Assembly: GCA_963843755.1 (NCBI GenBank)
Contig: CAWJLS010000002.1
Coordinates: 385,279-449,278, forward strand
Length of the DNA: 64,000 nt
Source of the DNA: an uncultured Acidobacteriota bacterium
GTDB lineage: Bacteria; Acidobacteriota; Thermoanaerobaculia; Multivoradales; DATKCC01
Reading direction: 5' to 3'
In this document: in pieces, positions 39,526-48,837 of the stretch
Layout: each line of letters begins with the position of its first letter
Numbering within the stretch: position 1 is the first letter of the stretch
Notes under the pieces: generated by a model
What the model saw: the letters and a program-made list of their open reading frames with translations, nothing else
The model's database searches: none
Told to the model about the DNA's origin: nothing
Position numbers and translations under genes: made by a program

Positions 39526-39554
39526 AGTGTAGCGATACCACGCATGGGGGTCAA
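39526..39554 (-). promoter_or_regulatory. sigma70-like promoter candidate for the receptor operon
   Basis: Minus strand: TTGACC (39554-39549), a 17-nt spacer, then TACACT (39531-39526). This predicts a ~150-nt 5' UTR containing the palindrome ctgcaacgtgcag (about 39397-39409). Confidence 0.4.
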
Positions 39555-39930
39555 GCAAGCCACCTGCCACCCTGGGCGTTCTCGGGGGCTGTCGGGTAAG
39601 TGTCTGCGGGACAGTAGATTACGAGATCCGTTCAACCGGCCGGCCTGGGCCGGGAGGCCGCCGATCCAAAGTCTTGAGGCGGCGCGATCCAAGGGATTGG
39701 ATTTCGCGCCGTCGCCGGCCTCCTCCCGCGGACGGTCCGGGCGGCGCGAACGGCCGGCGGCCGTTCTCCGGGTCGCCTGGAAGCGCCGCGATGCCCTGCA
39801 CTTGGCGCCGGGCTCGGCACGGTATCGGACGGAATAGGGGTGGTGTCGGCCGTGTTGGGCTGGCAATGAGTATGAAACATGCAAGCGACGTCTCGGTACA
39901 CTCAGCGGCAAAGGTGTCCGAGGGGCCGGG

Positions 39931-41118
39931 ATGACTGGGAGACGAGAGGAGAGCGACGACCGCCTGAGCGTGCGACGAGCACGCTCCCTCGTCGCTCGCG
40001 GGGCCGGCTGCTGTCTTCTGGCCGCGATCCTCTCCTCGTGCCATCCTCTCCCCGGTCCGCGCACGTTCAGCTCCGTCGACTACGTCCGCCGCGCCTATGC
40101 CCAACGGGTCGGCGATGAGGTCGCCTCGTCGATGGTCGTCCCCTTCGAGCTGTCCGACGAGATCCGGGCCGACGTCGCCGCTCACCTCAATCCCGCAGTC
40201 AGCGAACGCCGGAGGGTCGAACAGGTCGTCGATTATATCTTCGGCTACCTCGACCTCCAGTACTCCCTCGATCCGACGCGGACCGCGGCCGAGACCTTCA
40301 AGGCCCGCTCCGGTAACTGCCTGTCGTTCGTCAACCTCTTCGTCGGCGTCGCCCGCCAGCTCCGGCTGAACCCCTTCTACGTCGAGGTCGAGGACTACCA
40401 GCGGTGGAAGGTCAGCCACGGATCGGTGGTCAGCCACGGTCACATCGTGGCCGGCGTGCGGATCGACGGCAAGCTCGAGACCTACGATTTCCTTCCCTAT
40501 AAGGCGAAGTCGTACCGTGACTTCCAGCCGATCGACGACATCAAGGCGACGGCCCACTACTACAACAACCTCGGCGCCGAGGCGCTGCTCTCCGGCGACC
40601 TGGACCGGGCACAGGAGCTGATCGAGGTCGCCACCCAGCTCGCGCCCGAGTTCACCAAGGCGATCAACAACTTCGGGGTCGTGACCCTCCGCCGGCGCGG
40701 CGCCGAGGATGCGCTGGCGGTCTACCAGCGCGGCCTTGAGATCGACCCGAACGACGTCGCCCTGCTGACCAACCAGGCTCGGGCCCTCCAGGATCTGGGG
40801 CGCAAGGACGAGGCCAACGAGACCCTGGCACGGCTCGAGGAGCTCAACGCGGCCAACCCGTTCTTCTATGTGTATCGCGGCGAGCTGGCGCTCGCCGACG
40901 GCGATCTGGATGGTGCCCTCGCGCTGATGAAGAAGGCGTACCAGCGCGACAGCGACCTGCCCGAGGTCCACCTCGGGCTGGTCAAGGTGTACCTGGCGCT
41001 CGGCGACCGGCAGAAGGCCCTCCACCACCTGGAGCGGGCCCTCAAGCTGGACGCGACCAACGAAGAAGCGCGCAAGTACGCCGCCATGCTGACCACCACC
41101 GCGTCGGGGGGGCGCTGA
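39931..41118 (+). CDS. transglutaminase-like cysteine-protease domain fused to TPR, lipoprotein
   Basis: ORF 39931..41118 (395 aa). Lipobox CCLLAAILSSC. Transglutaminase-core-like RSGNCLSFVNLFVGVARQLRL...SHGHIVAGV...YDF (Cys-His-Asp order). C-terminal TPR units (YNNLGAEALLSGDLDRAQELIEVATQLAPE...). Confidence 0.7.
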   Translation: MTGRREESDDRLSVRRARSLVARGAGCCLLAAILSSCHPLPGPRTFSSVDYVRRAYAQRVGDEVASSMVVPFELSDEIRADVAAHLNPAVSERRRVEQVVDYIFGYLDLQYSLDPTRTAAETFKARSGNCLSFVNLFVGVARQLRLNPFYVEVEDYQRWKVSHGSVVSHGHIVAGVRIDGKLETYDFLPYKAKSYRDFQPIDDIKATAHYYNNLGAEALLSGDLDRAQELIEVATQLAPEFTKAINNFGVVTLRRRGAEDALAVYQRGLEIDPNDVALLTNQARALQDLGRKDEANETLARLEELNAANPFFYVYRGELALADGDLDGALALMKKAYQRDSDLPEVHLGLVKVYLALGDRQKALHHLERALKLDATNEEARKYAAMLTTTASGGR

Positions 41119-41209
41119 GTATGGCGGCACCGCCCCTCCGGTGCGAAGCAGACCTGATGTCCCGGGGGCCGATTCCGGCCCACGGCGCTCGATCCCTGGA
41201 GGTGTTCCG

Positions 41210-43428
41210 ATGACCCCCCCGTCCCCCCCACTCCGGCGTCTCCTCCCCTCCCTGCTTTCGACGGCGGTCGCCTGCGCGGTCCTCGTCGCCGCGGCGCAGC
41301 CGAGCGCGGCGCCCGCGCAGGTCTACGAAGGCACCGCCAACGTGGTCGAGGTCCAGGTCCCGGTCAACGTCACCACGCGCAATGGCGAGCCGGTCCGGGG
41401 CCTGACGGCGGACGACTTCACGGTGCTCGACCGCGGCAAGCCCCAAAAGCTGACCGGCTTCCAGGTCGTCGATCTGGAGACGCTCAGACCGACCGAAGCG
41501 CAGACCCGGTCGGAGCAGGTGGCCGACCTGGTCCCCGCCGTGGCCCGACGGCACTTCTTCCTGCTCTTCGACCTGACCTTCGCCTCGCCGGCTGCGGTCG
41601 TCAAGGCCCGCCGGGCGGCCGAGGACTTCGTGCTCAACGAGCTCCATCCGACCGACCTCGCCGCCGTGGCGACCTTTTCCATGGACGTCGGCCCGCGGCT
41701 GATCGTCACCTTCACTCCGGACCGGGCCCAGCTCGCGCGTGCTATCGACACGCTCGGTGCACCGCGCTTGACCGAAAGCCGGTCGGGGGTGGATCCTCTC
41801 CGCTTCATGATCGTCGATCCCGAGAAAGCGACCATGAGCAGCACGTTCAACCAGGAGACCGGACCGCAGAACTCACTCCGGCCGGGCGACCATGCCCAGG
41901 AGGTCCAGTCCTACCTGAATGTCATCGCCAAGGAGATGGAGAAGTCCGAGAAGAGCTACCAGCGGGGCCGTGTGGCGTCCTGGATGAGCACCCTGGGCGA
42001 CATGGCGCACACGCTGGCCAGCGTCGAGGGGCGCAAGCACGTGGTCCTGTTCTCGGAGGGCTTCGACGGCCGCCTGATGCTCGGTCGCGGGCCGGACCCC
42101 TTCGACCGCAAGGCGAAGCAGGACCAGATGGCGCTCGAGTTCGGTCAGCATTGGATGGTCGATCCGGACGACATCTACGGCAACACGGCGCTCCAGAACC
42201 ACGTCACCCGGATGCTCGATGAGTTCCGCCGCGCGGACTGCACCATCGAGGCGGTCGACATCTCCGGCCTGGGTGACGACACGGCCGAGCAGCGGCGCGC
42301 CCACACCGTGGGCCAGGACGCCCTGTTCTACATGGCCAACGAGACCGGCGGCCGGCTGTTCGAGGACGCCAACGACCTGGGCAAGGAGCTCGACGACATG
42401 CTCGAGCAGCTCGTCGGTCACCTACATCCTGTCGTTCGATCCGGCCGAGCTGAAGCCGGACGGGAGCTACCACCGTCTGCAGGTGGAGCTGAACGGCGAC
42501 GGCCACCGGAGCGACCGACGTCTCCTACCGTTCCGGGTACTACGCGCCGCGTCCGTTCGGCGACCTCGACCCGCTCGAGAAGAGCCTGCTCGCCTCCGAC
42601 GCGATCGCCAGCGCTGCGCCCCGCAAGGACGTCGGGATCGACGTGCTCGCGGCGCCGTTCCGGGCCAGCGGCAAGTCCGCGTACGTCCCCGTGATCATCG
42701 AGATCGACGGCAAGACGCTGCTCGCCGACGACCCCCAGGACCACCTTGCCACGGAGCTCTACGCGTACGCGAGCGACGACCACGGAGAGATGAAGGACTT
42801 CTTCACCCAGGTGGTGACCTTGAACCTCAACGGCCAGGGGCGCGAGGCGATGCGCGGCGGCGGTCTCAAGTACTACGGACACATGGACCTGGCCCCGGGC
42901 AAGTATCTGCTCCGCGTGCTCGTGCGCAACGCGAGCACCGGCCGCACCGGCGTCCAGAGCGTCAAGCTGACCGTCCCCGAGTACCGGCAGGAGCAGCCGG
43001 AGCTGCTGCCGCCGTTCTTCGTCGAGCAACCCGGCCGATGGGTCCTGGTGCGCGAGAAGGCGGCACAGGGCAAGCAGACCGTGGTCTACCCCTTCACCGT
43101 CAACGGCGATCCGTACGTTCCGTCGGCCAAGCCGGTCGTCCGGCCCGGACAGCCTTCGGAGCTGGTCCTGGTCGCGTACAACCTCCAACGGGGTAACCTG
43201 GAGCTGAAAGGAACCGTGGTGACGGAGGACGGACGCGAGCTCGACAACATCGGCGACCTCCAACTGGTCGAGCGTACGCCCACCGGAATCGGCGGCCTGG
43301 ACAAACTCCTCGCACGGTTCCGCGTAGACGATCTGAGAACAGGCAACTACACGCTCAAGGTGGCGCTGAGCCAACGGGGTGCCGGGGGGATCCAGGTCAA
43401 CTCGATCCCGTTCAGCGTGCCAAACTGA
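41210..43428 (+). pseudogene. VWA-domain exported protein (TIGR03436-like), frame broken twice
   Basis: ATG 41210 follows GGAGG. Signal LLPSLLSTAVACAVLVAAAQPSAA. VVEVQVPVNVTTRNGEPVRGLTADDFTVLDRGKPQKLTGFQVVD, then FFLLFDLTFASP...VVLFSEGFDG. Homology moves to ORF 42219..43196 near 42407-42414 and to ORF 42643..43428 near 42503-42512. Confidence 0.75.
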
Positions 43429-43489
43429 GAATCGATCGAGCTCGGTCGATGCCGACCGATCCCCCGCTCGAGCAACCGGGAGAGCACTC

Positions 43490-45628
43490 ATGAGCAACAG
43501 CCAGCGATTTCATCTCGTCGCGGCGGCACTGGCGATCGTCCTCGTCGCCACGACCCTGCTGGCCGCACCGTCGAAGAAGTTCGGCGAGACCCTCGACGTC
43601 GTCACGGTCGAGGTGCCGGTCCAGGTCCTCCTGGACGGCCAGCCGGTCCGCGGCCTGACCGCGGACAACTTCAAGATCATCGACGGCCGGAAGGAGCGGC
43701 AGATCACCGGGTTCGAGGTGGCGGACGTCAGCAAGACCGAGGTCAAGGCGCCCGAGACCGTCCCGCAGACGACGGTCTCGGCGCGGCGCCACTTCCTGCT
43801 TCTCTTCGACCTGAGCTTCGCCGACCCGACCGCGGTCACGCGGGCGCGCCACGCCGCGGAGGATCTGGTGGCCAAGAGCCTGCACCCCACCGACCTGGTC
43901 GGCGTGGCCACCTACAGCATCGAGAAGGGCCCCCAGCTCATCCTCGGCTTCACCCCCGACCGCCGGCAGATCGAGCTGGCGATCGAGACCCTCGGGCTGC
44001 CCAAGCTGATCGATCAGCACCAGGATCCCCTCTCGTTCGTCCTCGCCGACGCCGACGGGCCGCAGCCCTTCGAGGGATCCAAGAGCGGTGACCGCCAAGC
44101 GAAGAGCGGCGGCGACGCGGAGTTCCAGGCGAACCTGACGGACCTCAACATCGGCTTCCAGCGGGCCAGCCGGGGCGAGCAGCAGGGGCGGGTCATGGCC
44201 CTGACCACCGGCATGGAGGACCTGGCAGACGCCTTGAACGACGTCAGCGGGCGCAAGTACGTAGTGCTCCTCTCCGAAGGCTTCGACGCCTCCGTCTACC
44301 AGGGGACGTCCGACGCCAAGCGCCAGATGGAGCTCGCCAACCAGGCGGCGTTCGGCGAGGGGTACAAGGGCGACGCCGAAGAGCGCTACGGCTCGACCGG
44401 CGTGCTCAACGCGATCAACAGCATGCTCGAGGAGTTCCGGCGGGCCGACTGCGCCATCGAAGCGGTGGACATCGGCGGCCTCCGGGCCGGCAGGGACGCC
44501 CAGGGGCAGACGGGAACTCAGGACAGCCTGTTCATGATGGCGAACGAGACCGGCGGCGAGTTCATTCGCAACTACAACGACCTGTCGGCCGCCATGGGCG
44601 AGGTGCTCGAGCGCACCTCCGTGACCTACGTGCTCTCGTTCCAGCCGGAGAACCTGAAGCTCGACGGCGACTACCACCGCCTGAAGGTCGAGCTGGTCGA
44701 CCTGCCGCGCGGGGCAAGGGTGGTCCACCGCCCCGGCTACTACGCGCCCAAGCCGTTCGGGGAGCGCAGCGGCATCGAGCGCAAGCTGGAGGCCGCCTCC
44801 AAGATCATGTCGGGGGTCGACTCCGGCACTCTGACCGGCTCGGTGGTGGCGGCGGCGTTCAAAGGCACGGGCGACCGGGCCTACGTGCCCGTCGTGATCG
44901 AGATCGACGGCCCGAGCCTGCTCGCCGGGCTGAGCGGCTCGACCGCCGCGCTCGAGATCTACGCCTACGCCATCAACGGCGACGGCACGGTCGGCGGCTA
45001 CCTGAGCCAGTCGATGAAGCTCGACGTCGACAAGATCCGCCCGGCCCTCGAGAGCAAGGGCATCAAGTTCTTCGGCGACCTCAACTTACCGGCGGGCGAC
45101 TACACGTTGCGCGTGCTGGTCCGTGACGGCGAGAACGGCCGGTCGCTCACCCGGACCGTTCCGATGACCGTCCCGACTTTCGGCGACGGGCACCTGGCGA
45201 TCGCGACGCCGCTGTTCCCCGAGACCTCCCAGGACTGGTTGGTCGTCCAGGAGGCATCGGGCGCCGACGAGCGCAAGGCGCGGGCCTTCCCGTTCATGCT
45301 GGGAGGCAACCCGTACCTGCCGTCGGCCAAGCCGGTGGTCTCCGCCGACGGGCAGGCGCAGTTCGTGCTGATGGCCTACAACATGGGCGATGCCGGCGCG
45401 CCGCTCTCGACCGAGTTCATCAAGCCCGACGGCGAGCGGGTGACCGGGCCGAAGGTCTCCTTCGTCCAGCGGGAGAACACCGGCGACCCGTCGATCACCC
45501 AGCTCGTCCTGTCGCTCGATCCCAACGGCCTGCCGGCCGGGGAGTACCGCATGGTCACCAGCCTCCAGCCGCCGAGCGGGGGAGACTCGGTGACCGCGTC
45601 CATCCCCTTCGTCGTCGCCGGCTCCTGA
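43490..45628 (+). CDS. VWA-domain exported protein (TIGR03436-like), intact paralogue
   Basis: In ORF 43379..45628, ATG 43490. Signal FHLVAAALAIVLVATTLLAAPS. VVTVEVPVQVLLDGQPVRGLTADNFKIIDGRKERQITGFEVAD, HFLLLFDLSFADP, YVVLLSEGFDAS, ANETGGEF. Colinear with the gene at 41210. Confidence 0.85.
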   Translation: MSNSQRFHLVAAALAIVLVATTLLAAPSKKFGETLDVVTVEVPVQVLLDGQPVRGLTADNFKIIDGRKERQITGFEVADVSKTEVKAPETVPQTTVSARRHFLLLFDLSFADPTAVTRARHAAEDLVAKSLHPTDLVGVATYSIEKGPQLILGFTPDRRQIELAIETLGLPKLIDQHQDPLSFVLADADGPQPFEGSKSGDRQAKSGGDAEFQANLTDLNIGFQRASRGEQQGRVMALTTGMEDLADALNDVSGRKYVVLLSEGFDASVYQGTSDAKRQMELANQAAFGEGYKGDAEERYGSTGVLNAINSMLEEFRRADCAIEAVDIGGLRAGRDAQGQTGTQDSLFMMANETGGEFIRNYNDLSAAMGEVLERTSVTYVLSFQPENLKLDGDYHRLKVELVDLPRGARVVHRPGYYAPKPFGERSGIERKLEAASKIMSGVDSGTLTGSVVAAAFKGTGDRAYVPVVIEIDGPSLLAGLSGSTAALEIYAYAINGDGTVGGYLSQSMKLDVDKIRPALESKGIKFFGDLNLPAGDYTLRVLVRDGENGRSLTRTVPMTVPTFGDGHLAIATPLFPETSQDWLVVQEASGADERKARAFPFMLGGNPYLPSAKPVVSADGQAQFVLMAYNMGDAGAPLSTEFIKPDGERVTGPKVSFVQRENTGDPSITQLVLSLDPNGLPAGEYRMVTSLQPPSGGDSVTASIPFVVAGS

Positions 45629-45799
45629 CCGGCCGGAGCCGGTCCGGCGAGCCCGCCGGGCGGGGCCTCGACGCTCCGCCCGGACGGCTCCGCCGGCACT
45701 CTCCGCCACCTCGTCGTATGCTATAGTCCGTCCAGGCAAGTTCCTGGCAGCCTTGCACTTGGCATTCCGGCGAGGCGCCGGGGACGGGAGCCCTGCACC

Positions 45800-46093
45800 A
45801 TGAGCGACGGAAGCGAAACGACCCAGGTCGAGATCTTCGGCGCCGTCTATCCCGTGCGGGGAAACGACGATCCCGAGTACCTCCAGGAGCTGGCGGCGAC
45901 CGTCGACCGCACCATGCGCGAGATCGCAGAGCAGGTTGCGACGGTCGACACCGCCAAGATCGCGATCCTGGCGGCCTTGAACTTGGCGGACGAGTTACAC
46001 CGCGCCAAGAGCTTGCAGGAAGGGGAACGGGTCGAGATCCAGGAGAAGGTGGTGGCGTTGACCGGGGAATTGGCCGGTGTGCTCAACGGTTGA
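45800..46093 (+). CDS. zapA: cell division protein ZapA
   Basis: ORF 45800..46093 (97 aa). VEIFGAVYPVRGNDDPEYLQELAATVDRTMREIAEQ...AKIAILAALNLADEL matches the ZapA fold pattern. Confidence 0.85.
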   Translation: MSDGSETTQVEIFGAVYPVRGNDDPEYLQELAATVDRTMREIAEQVATVDTAKIAILAALNLADELHRAKSLQEGERVEIQEKVVALTGELAGVLNG

Positions 46094-46108
46094 CTCAGCA
46101 ACGAGAAC

Positions 46109-46281
46109 GCGCCACTGTCAAGATATGAAGTTTGAAGAGTACGCATCCCCTGTGTGGTTTGTGATGGGTCAACCCATTGTAGAACCAACACTCATCACTA
46201 GGGAGTCTTCACCCGCCGGCCTGTGCAAGCCCCGCTCGAACGGGGAGCTAATGGCCGGCGGCGCGGACACCCACTTGGCGC
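46109..46281 (+). ncRNA. candidate structured ncRNA (6S-RNA-like by position and size)
   Basis: A locally AT-richer, ORF-free 173-nt segment directly after zapA. Closing stem 46109-46114 gcgcca / 46276-46281 tggcgc. Stem 46133-46138 tgaaga / 46206-46211 tcttca. Long hairpin 46152-46191 with several G-U pairs, which fit only the plus strand. Hairpin 46213-46221 ccgccggcc / 46253-46261 ggccggcgg encloses ccccg-ctcgaa-cgggg. Confidence 0.4.
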
Positions 46282-46414
46282 TTAGGTTCTAAGCGCGGAA
46301 ACCCACACGGCTTCGCGGGGGATGCCTCTTCGTTCCCCCTCTCACGACTGAGGGGTGCTCCGGACCCGACCACCCCCCTCCCGATGGCTCTTTGCAGCTA
46401 TAGGGGGTGGCACG

Positions 46415-47977
46415 TTGAACACTGAGATCATCCTGGCGATCGAGATCCTTCTCGGGATCGCGATTCCGGTGGTGTGGTGGCTGATTCTGCGCCGTCAGAC
46501 CAAGCGGGTGACCGCGCGGGCGCGCCGGCAGGCGACCAAGGTCCTGGAAGAGGCCGAACGCACCGGCGACGCAAAGCTCCGGGAAGCCGATCTGCTCGCC
46601 AAGGAGAAGCTCCTCCAGGCGCGGACCGAGTTCGAGCGCGCTTCCCAGAAGCGCCGGGTCGAGCTCGAGGCCCTCGAGCGCCGCCTCACCCAGAAAGAGG
46701 ACTCCCTCGACAAGCGGTTCGACCAGCTCGAGACGCGGGACAAGGAGGTCGTCTCCCGCGAGCGCGAGGTCGCCGACCGCGACCGCATGACCGCCCGCAA
46801 GCAGGAGGAGGTCGACGCCCTGCTGGCGCAGGAGCGGGGCAAGCTGGAGCAGATCGCCGGCCTCACCGCCCAGCAGGCGAAGGACGAGCTGGTGCGGGTG
46901 ATCGAGAACGAGGCCCGCATGGACGCGGCCCACGCGGTCAAGCGGATCGAGGACGAGGCCCGCGAGCAGGCCCAGAAACAGGCCCAGCGGATCATCGGCA
47001 TTGCCATCCAGCGCTCGGCGTCCGACTACGTCTCGGAGACCACGGTCTCCGTGGTGGTGCTGCCGTCCGACGAGATGAAGGGGCGGATCATCGGCCGCGA
47101 GGGGCGCAACATCCGCGCCCTCGAGGCGGCCACAGGGGTCGACCTGATCGTCGACGACACGCCCGAGGCGGTGATCCTCTCCGGCTTCGACCCGTACCGG
47201 CGCGAGGTCGCCCGGGTCGCCCTCGAGCGCCTGATCGCCGACGGCCGCATCCACCCGGCGCGCATCGAAGAGGTGGTGGAGAAGGTCAAGGCGGAGTACG
47301 AGGCGCTGATCGTCGAGGAGGGGGAGTCGGCCCTGCTCGAGCTCAACATCCCCGACGTCCACCCGGAGCTGGTCAAGCTGCTCGGGCGGCTGCGCTTCCG
47401 CACCTCCTACGGCCAGAACGTGCTCCAGCACTCCCGCGAGGTGGCCTTCCTCTCCGGCACCATGGCGGGGGAGCTCAAGGCCGACGTCCACGTGGCGCGT
47501 CGCGCGGGTCTCTTCCACGACATCGGCAAAGCGGTCGACCGGGAGATGGACGGCACCCACCTCGAGATCGGCATCGACCTGCTGCGGCGCTACGGAGAGA
47601 ACGAGGCGGTGGTCCACGCCATGGCCTGTCACCACGGCGACTACGACCCGGAGACGGTCGAGGCGATCCTGGTCACCGCCGCCGACGCCCTCTCGGCCGC
47701 CCGTCCCGGCGCCCGCCGCGAGGTGCTCGAGACCTACGTCAAGCGGCTGGAGAAGCTCGAGGAGATCGCCGCCGGCTTCCAGGGTGTGCAGAAGACCTAC
47801 GCCATCCAGGCCGGCCGGGAAGTGCGGATCATCGTCGATAGCGGCCGGATCAGCGACGAGGAGGCGATCATGCTGTCGAAGGACGTGGCCAAGAAGATCG
47901 AGTCCGAGCTCACCTACCCCGGGCAGATCAAGGTCAACGTCATCCGCGAGACCCGCTCGATCGAGTACGCCCGATGA
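46415..47977 (+). CDS. rny: ribonuclease Y
   Basis: In ORF 46355..47977. The likely start is TTG 46415, after GGGGGTGG, giving an N-terminal TM helix NTEIILAIEILLGIAIPVVWWLIL. Coiled-coil region, KH domain GRIIGREGRNIRALE, HD domain LFHDIGKA...AMACHHGD. Confidence 0.93.
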   Translation: MNTEIILAIEILLGIAIPVVWWLILRRQTKRVTARARRQATKVLEEAERTGDAKLREADLLAKEKLLQARTEFERASQKRRVELEALERRLTQKEDSLDKRFDQLETRDKEVVSREREVADRDRMTARKQEEVDALLAQERGKLEQIAGLTAQQAKDELVRVIENEARMDAAHAVKRIEDEAREQAQKQAQRIIGIAIQRSASDYVSETTVSVVVLPSDEMKGRIIGREGRNIRALEAATGVDLIVDDTPEAVILSGFDPYRREVARVALERLIADGRIHPARIEEVVEKVKAEYEALIVEEGESALLELNIPDVHPELVKLLGRLRFRTSYGQNVLQHSREVAFLSGTMAGELKADVHVARRAGLFHDIGKAVDREMDGTHLEIGIDLLRRYGENEAVVHAMACHHGDYDPETVEAILVTAADALSAARPGARREVLETYVKRLEKLEEIAAGFQGVQKTYAIQAGREVRIIVDSGRISDEEAIMLSKDVAKKIESELTYPGQIKVNVIRETRSIEYAR

Positions 47978-48780
47978 AGGTCCTGTTCGTCGGCGACGTC
48001 ATCGGCAAGCCGGGCCGGCGGGTGCTCGCCCGGCTGCTGCCACGGCTGATCGACCAGCACCGGGCGGACTACGTCATCGTCAACATCGAGAACGCGGCCG
48101 GCGGCTTCGGCGTCACCGCCGGCGTGCTGGCCGAGCTCGACGACCTGCCGATCGACTGCTACAGCTCCGGCAACCACATCTGGGACAAGAAGGAGGTCCA
48201 CGACCTCCTGCCGCCGCGCCCCGGGGACCGGCCGCTGCTGCGCCCGGCCAACTACCCGCCAGGCAACCCGGGCGTCGGCCTCCACGTGGGCGAGACCCCG
48301 GCCGGCGTCCCGGTGGCGGTGCTCAACCTCCAGGGACGGGTCTTCATGGACCCGCTCGACAACCCGTTCGTCATCGCCGACCGGCTGCTCGAAGACCTGT
48401 CCGAGCGCCACCCGGAGTGCAAGGTGGTGATCGTCGACTTCCACGCCGAGGCGACCAGCGAGAAGCAGGCGATCGCCTTCCACCTGGACGGCCGCGTGTC
48501 GGCCGTCTTCGGCACCCACACCCACGTGCCGACCGCCGACGAGCGCATCCTCCCGGGCGGCACGGTCCTGATCACCGACGTCGGCATGACCGGTCCCTAC
48601 GAGTCGGTCATCGGCATGCGCCACGACAAGGTGCTCCACCGGTTTCTGTTCGGCACTCCGGCCGCCTTCCAGGTGGCGAAGCGGGACGTGCGCCTGGCCG
48701 CGGCGGTGGTCGACGTGGACGAGGCCACGGGCAAGGCCCGCGCGGTCGAGCGGTTGCTGCTGCCGGACCCCGAGGAGTGA
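47974..48780 (+). CDS. ymdB: YmdB-like metallophosphoesterase (TIGR00282 family)
   Basis: ORF 47974..48780 (268 aa), ATGA overlap with rny. MKVLFVGDVIGKPGR, VNIENAAGGFG, GNHIWDKKE, DFHAEATSEK, GTHTHVPTADERIL. Conserved rny-ymdB pairing. Confidence 0.9.
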   Translation: MKVLFVGDVIGKPGRRVLARLLPRLIDQHRADYVIVNIENAAGGFGVTAGVLAELDDLPIDCYSSGNHIWDKKEVHDLLPPRPGDRPLLRPANYPPGNPGVGLHVGETPAGVPVAVLNLQGRVFMDPLDNPFVIADRLLEDLSERHPECKVVIVDFHAEATSEKQAIAFHLDGRVSAVFGTHTHVPTADERILPGGTVLITDVGMTGPYESVIGMRHDKVLHRFLFGTPAAFQVAKRDVRLAAAVVDVDEATGKARAVERLLLPDPEE

Positions 48781-48837
48781 CCTGATCTCCCCCTAGCCCC
48801 TCGATCCCTGGCCTCGGTTCGTTGTTGAGGTGGGGGC

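Noticed and set aside
7765-43428. Programmed ribosomal frameshifting as the explanation for the frame breaks.
   Set aside because: There are about 28 sites in ten unrelated genes, in both +1 and -1 directions. Several sit in plain G/C runs. I saw no shared slippery heptamer or downstream pseudoknot. Intact paralogues need no shift at the equivalent positions.
5525-45628. A tRNA-adjacent genomic island or mobile element, since the accessory block begins about 2 kb from the tRNA-Val pair.
   Set aside because: I recognised no integrase, transposase, recombinase or phage gene in any frame. I noticed no direct repeat of the tRNA 3' end. Composition and codon style of the block look like the flanks by eye. 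A fadD-like housekeeping gene separates the tRNAs from the block.
45744-45764. A sigma54-type promoter upstream of zapA (ctggcagccttgcacttggca contains TGGCA and TTGCA).
   Set aside because: The GG and GC elements are only 9 nt apart instead of the roughly 12 nt of the TGGCAC-N5-TTGC consensus. The second TGGCA is in the wrong order.
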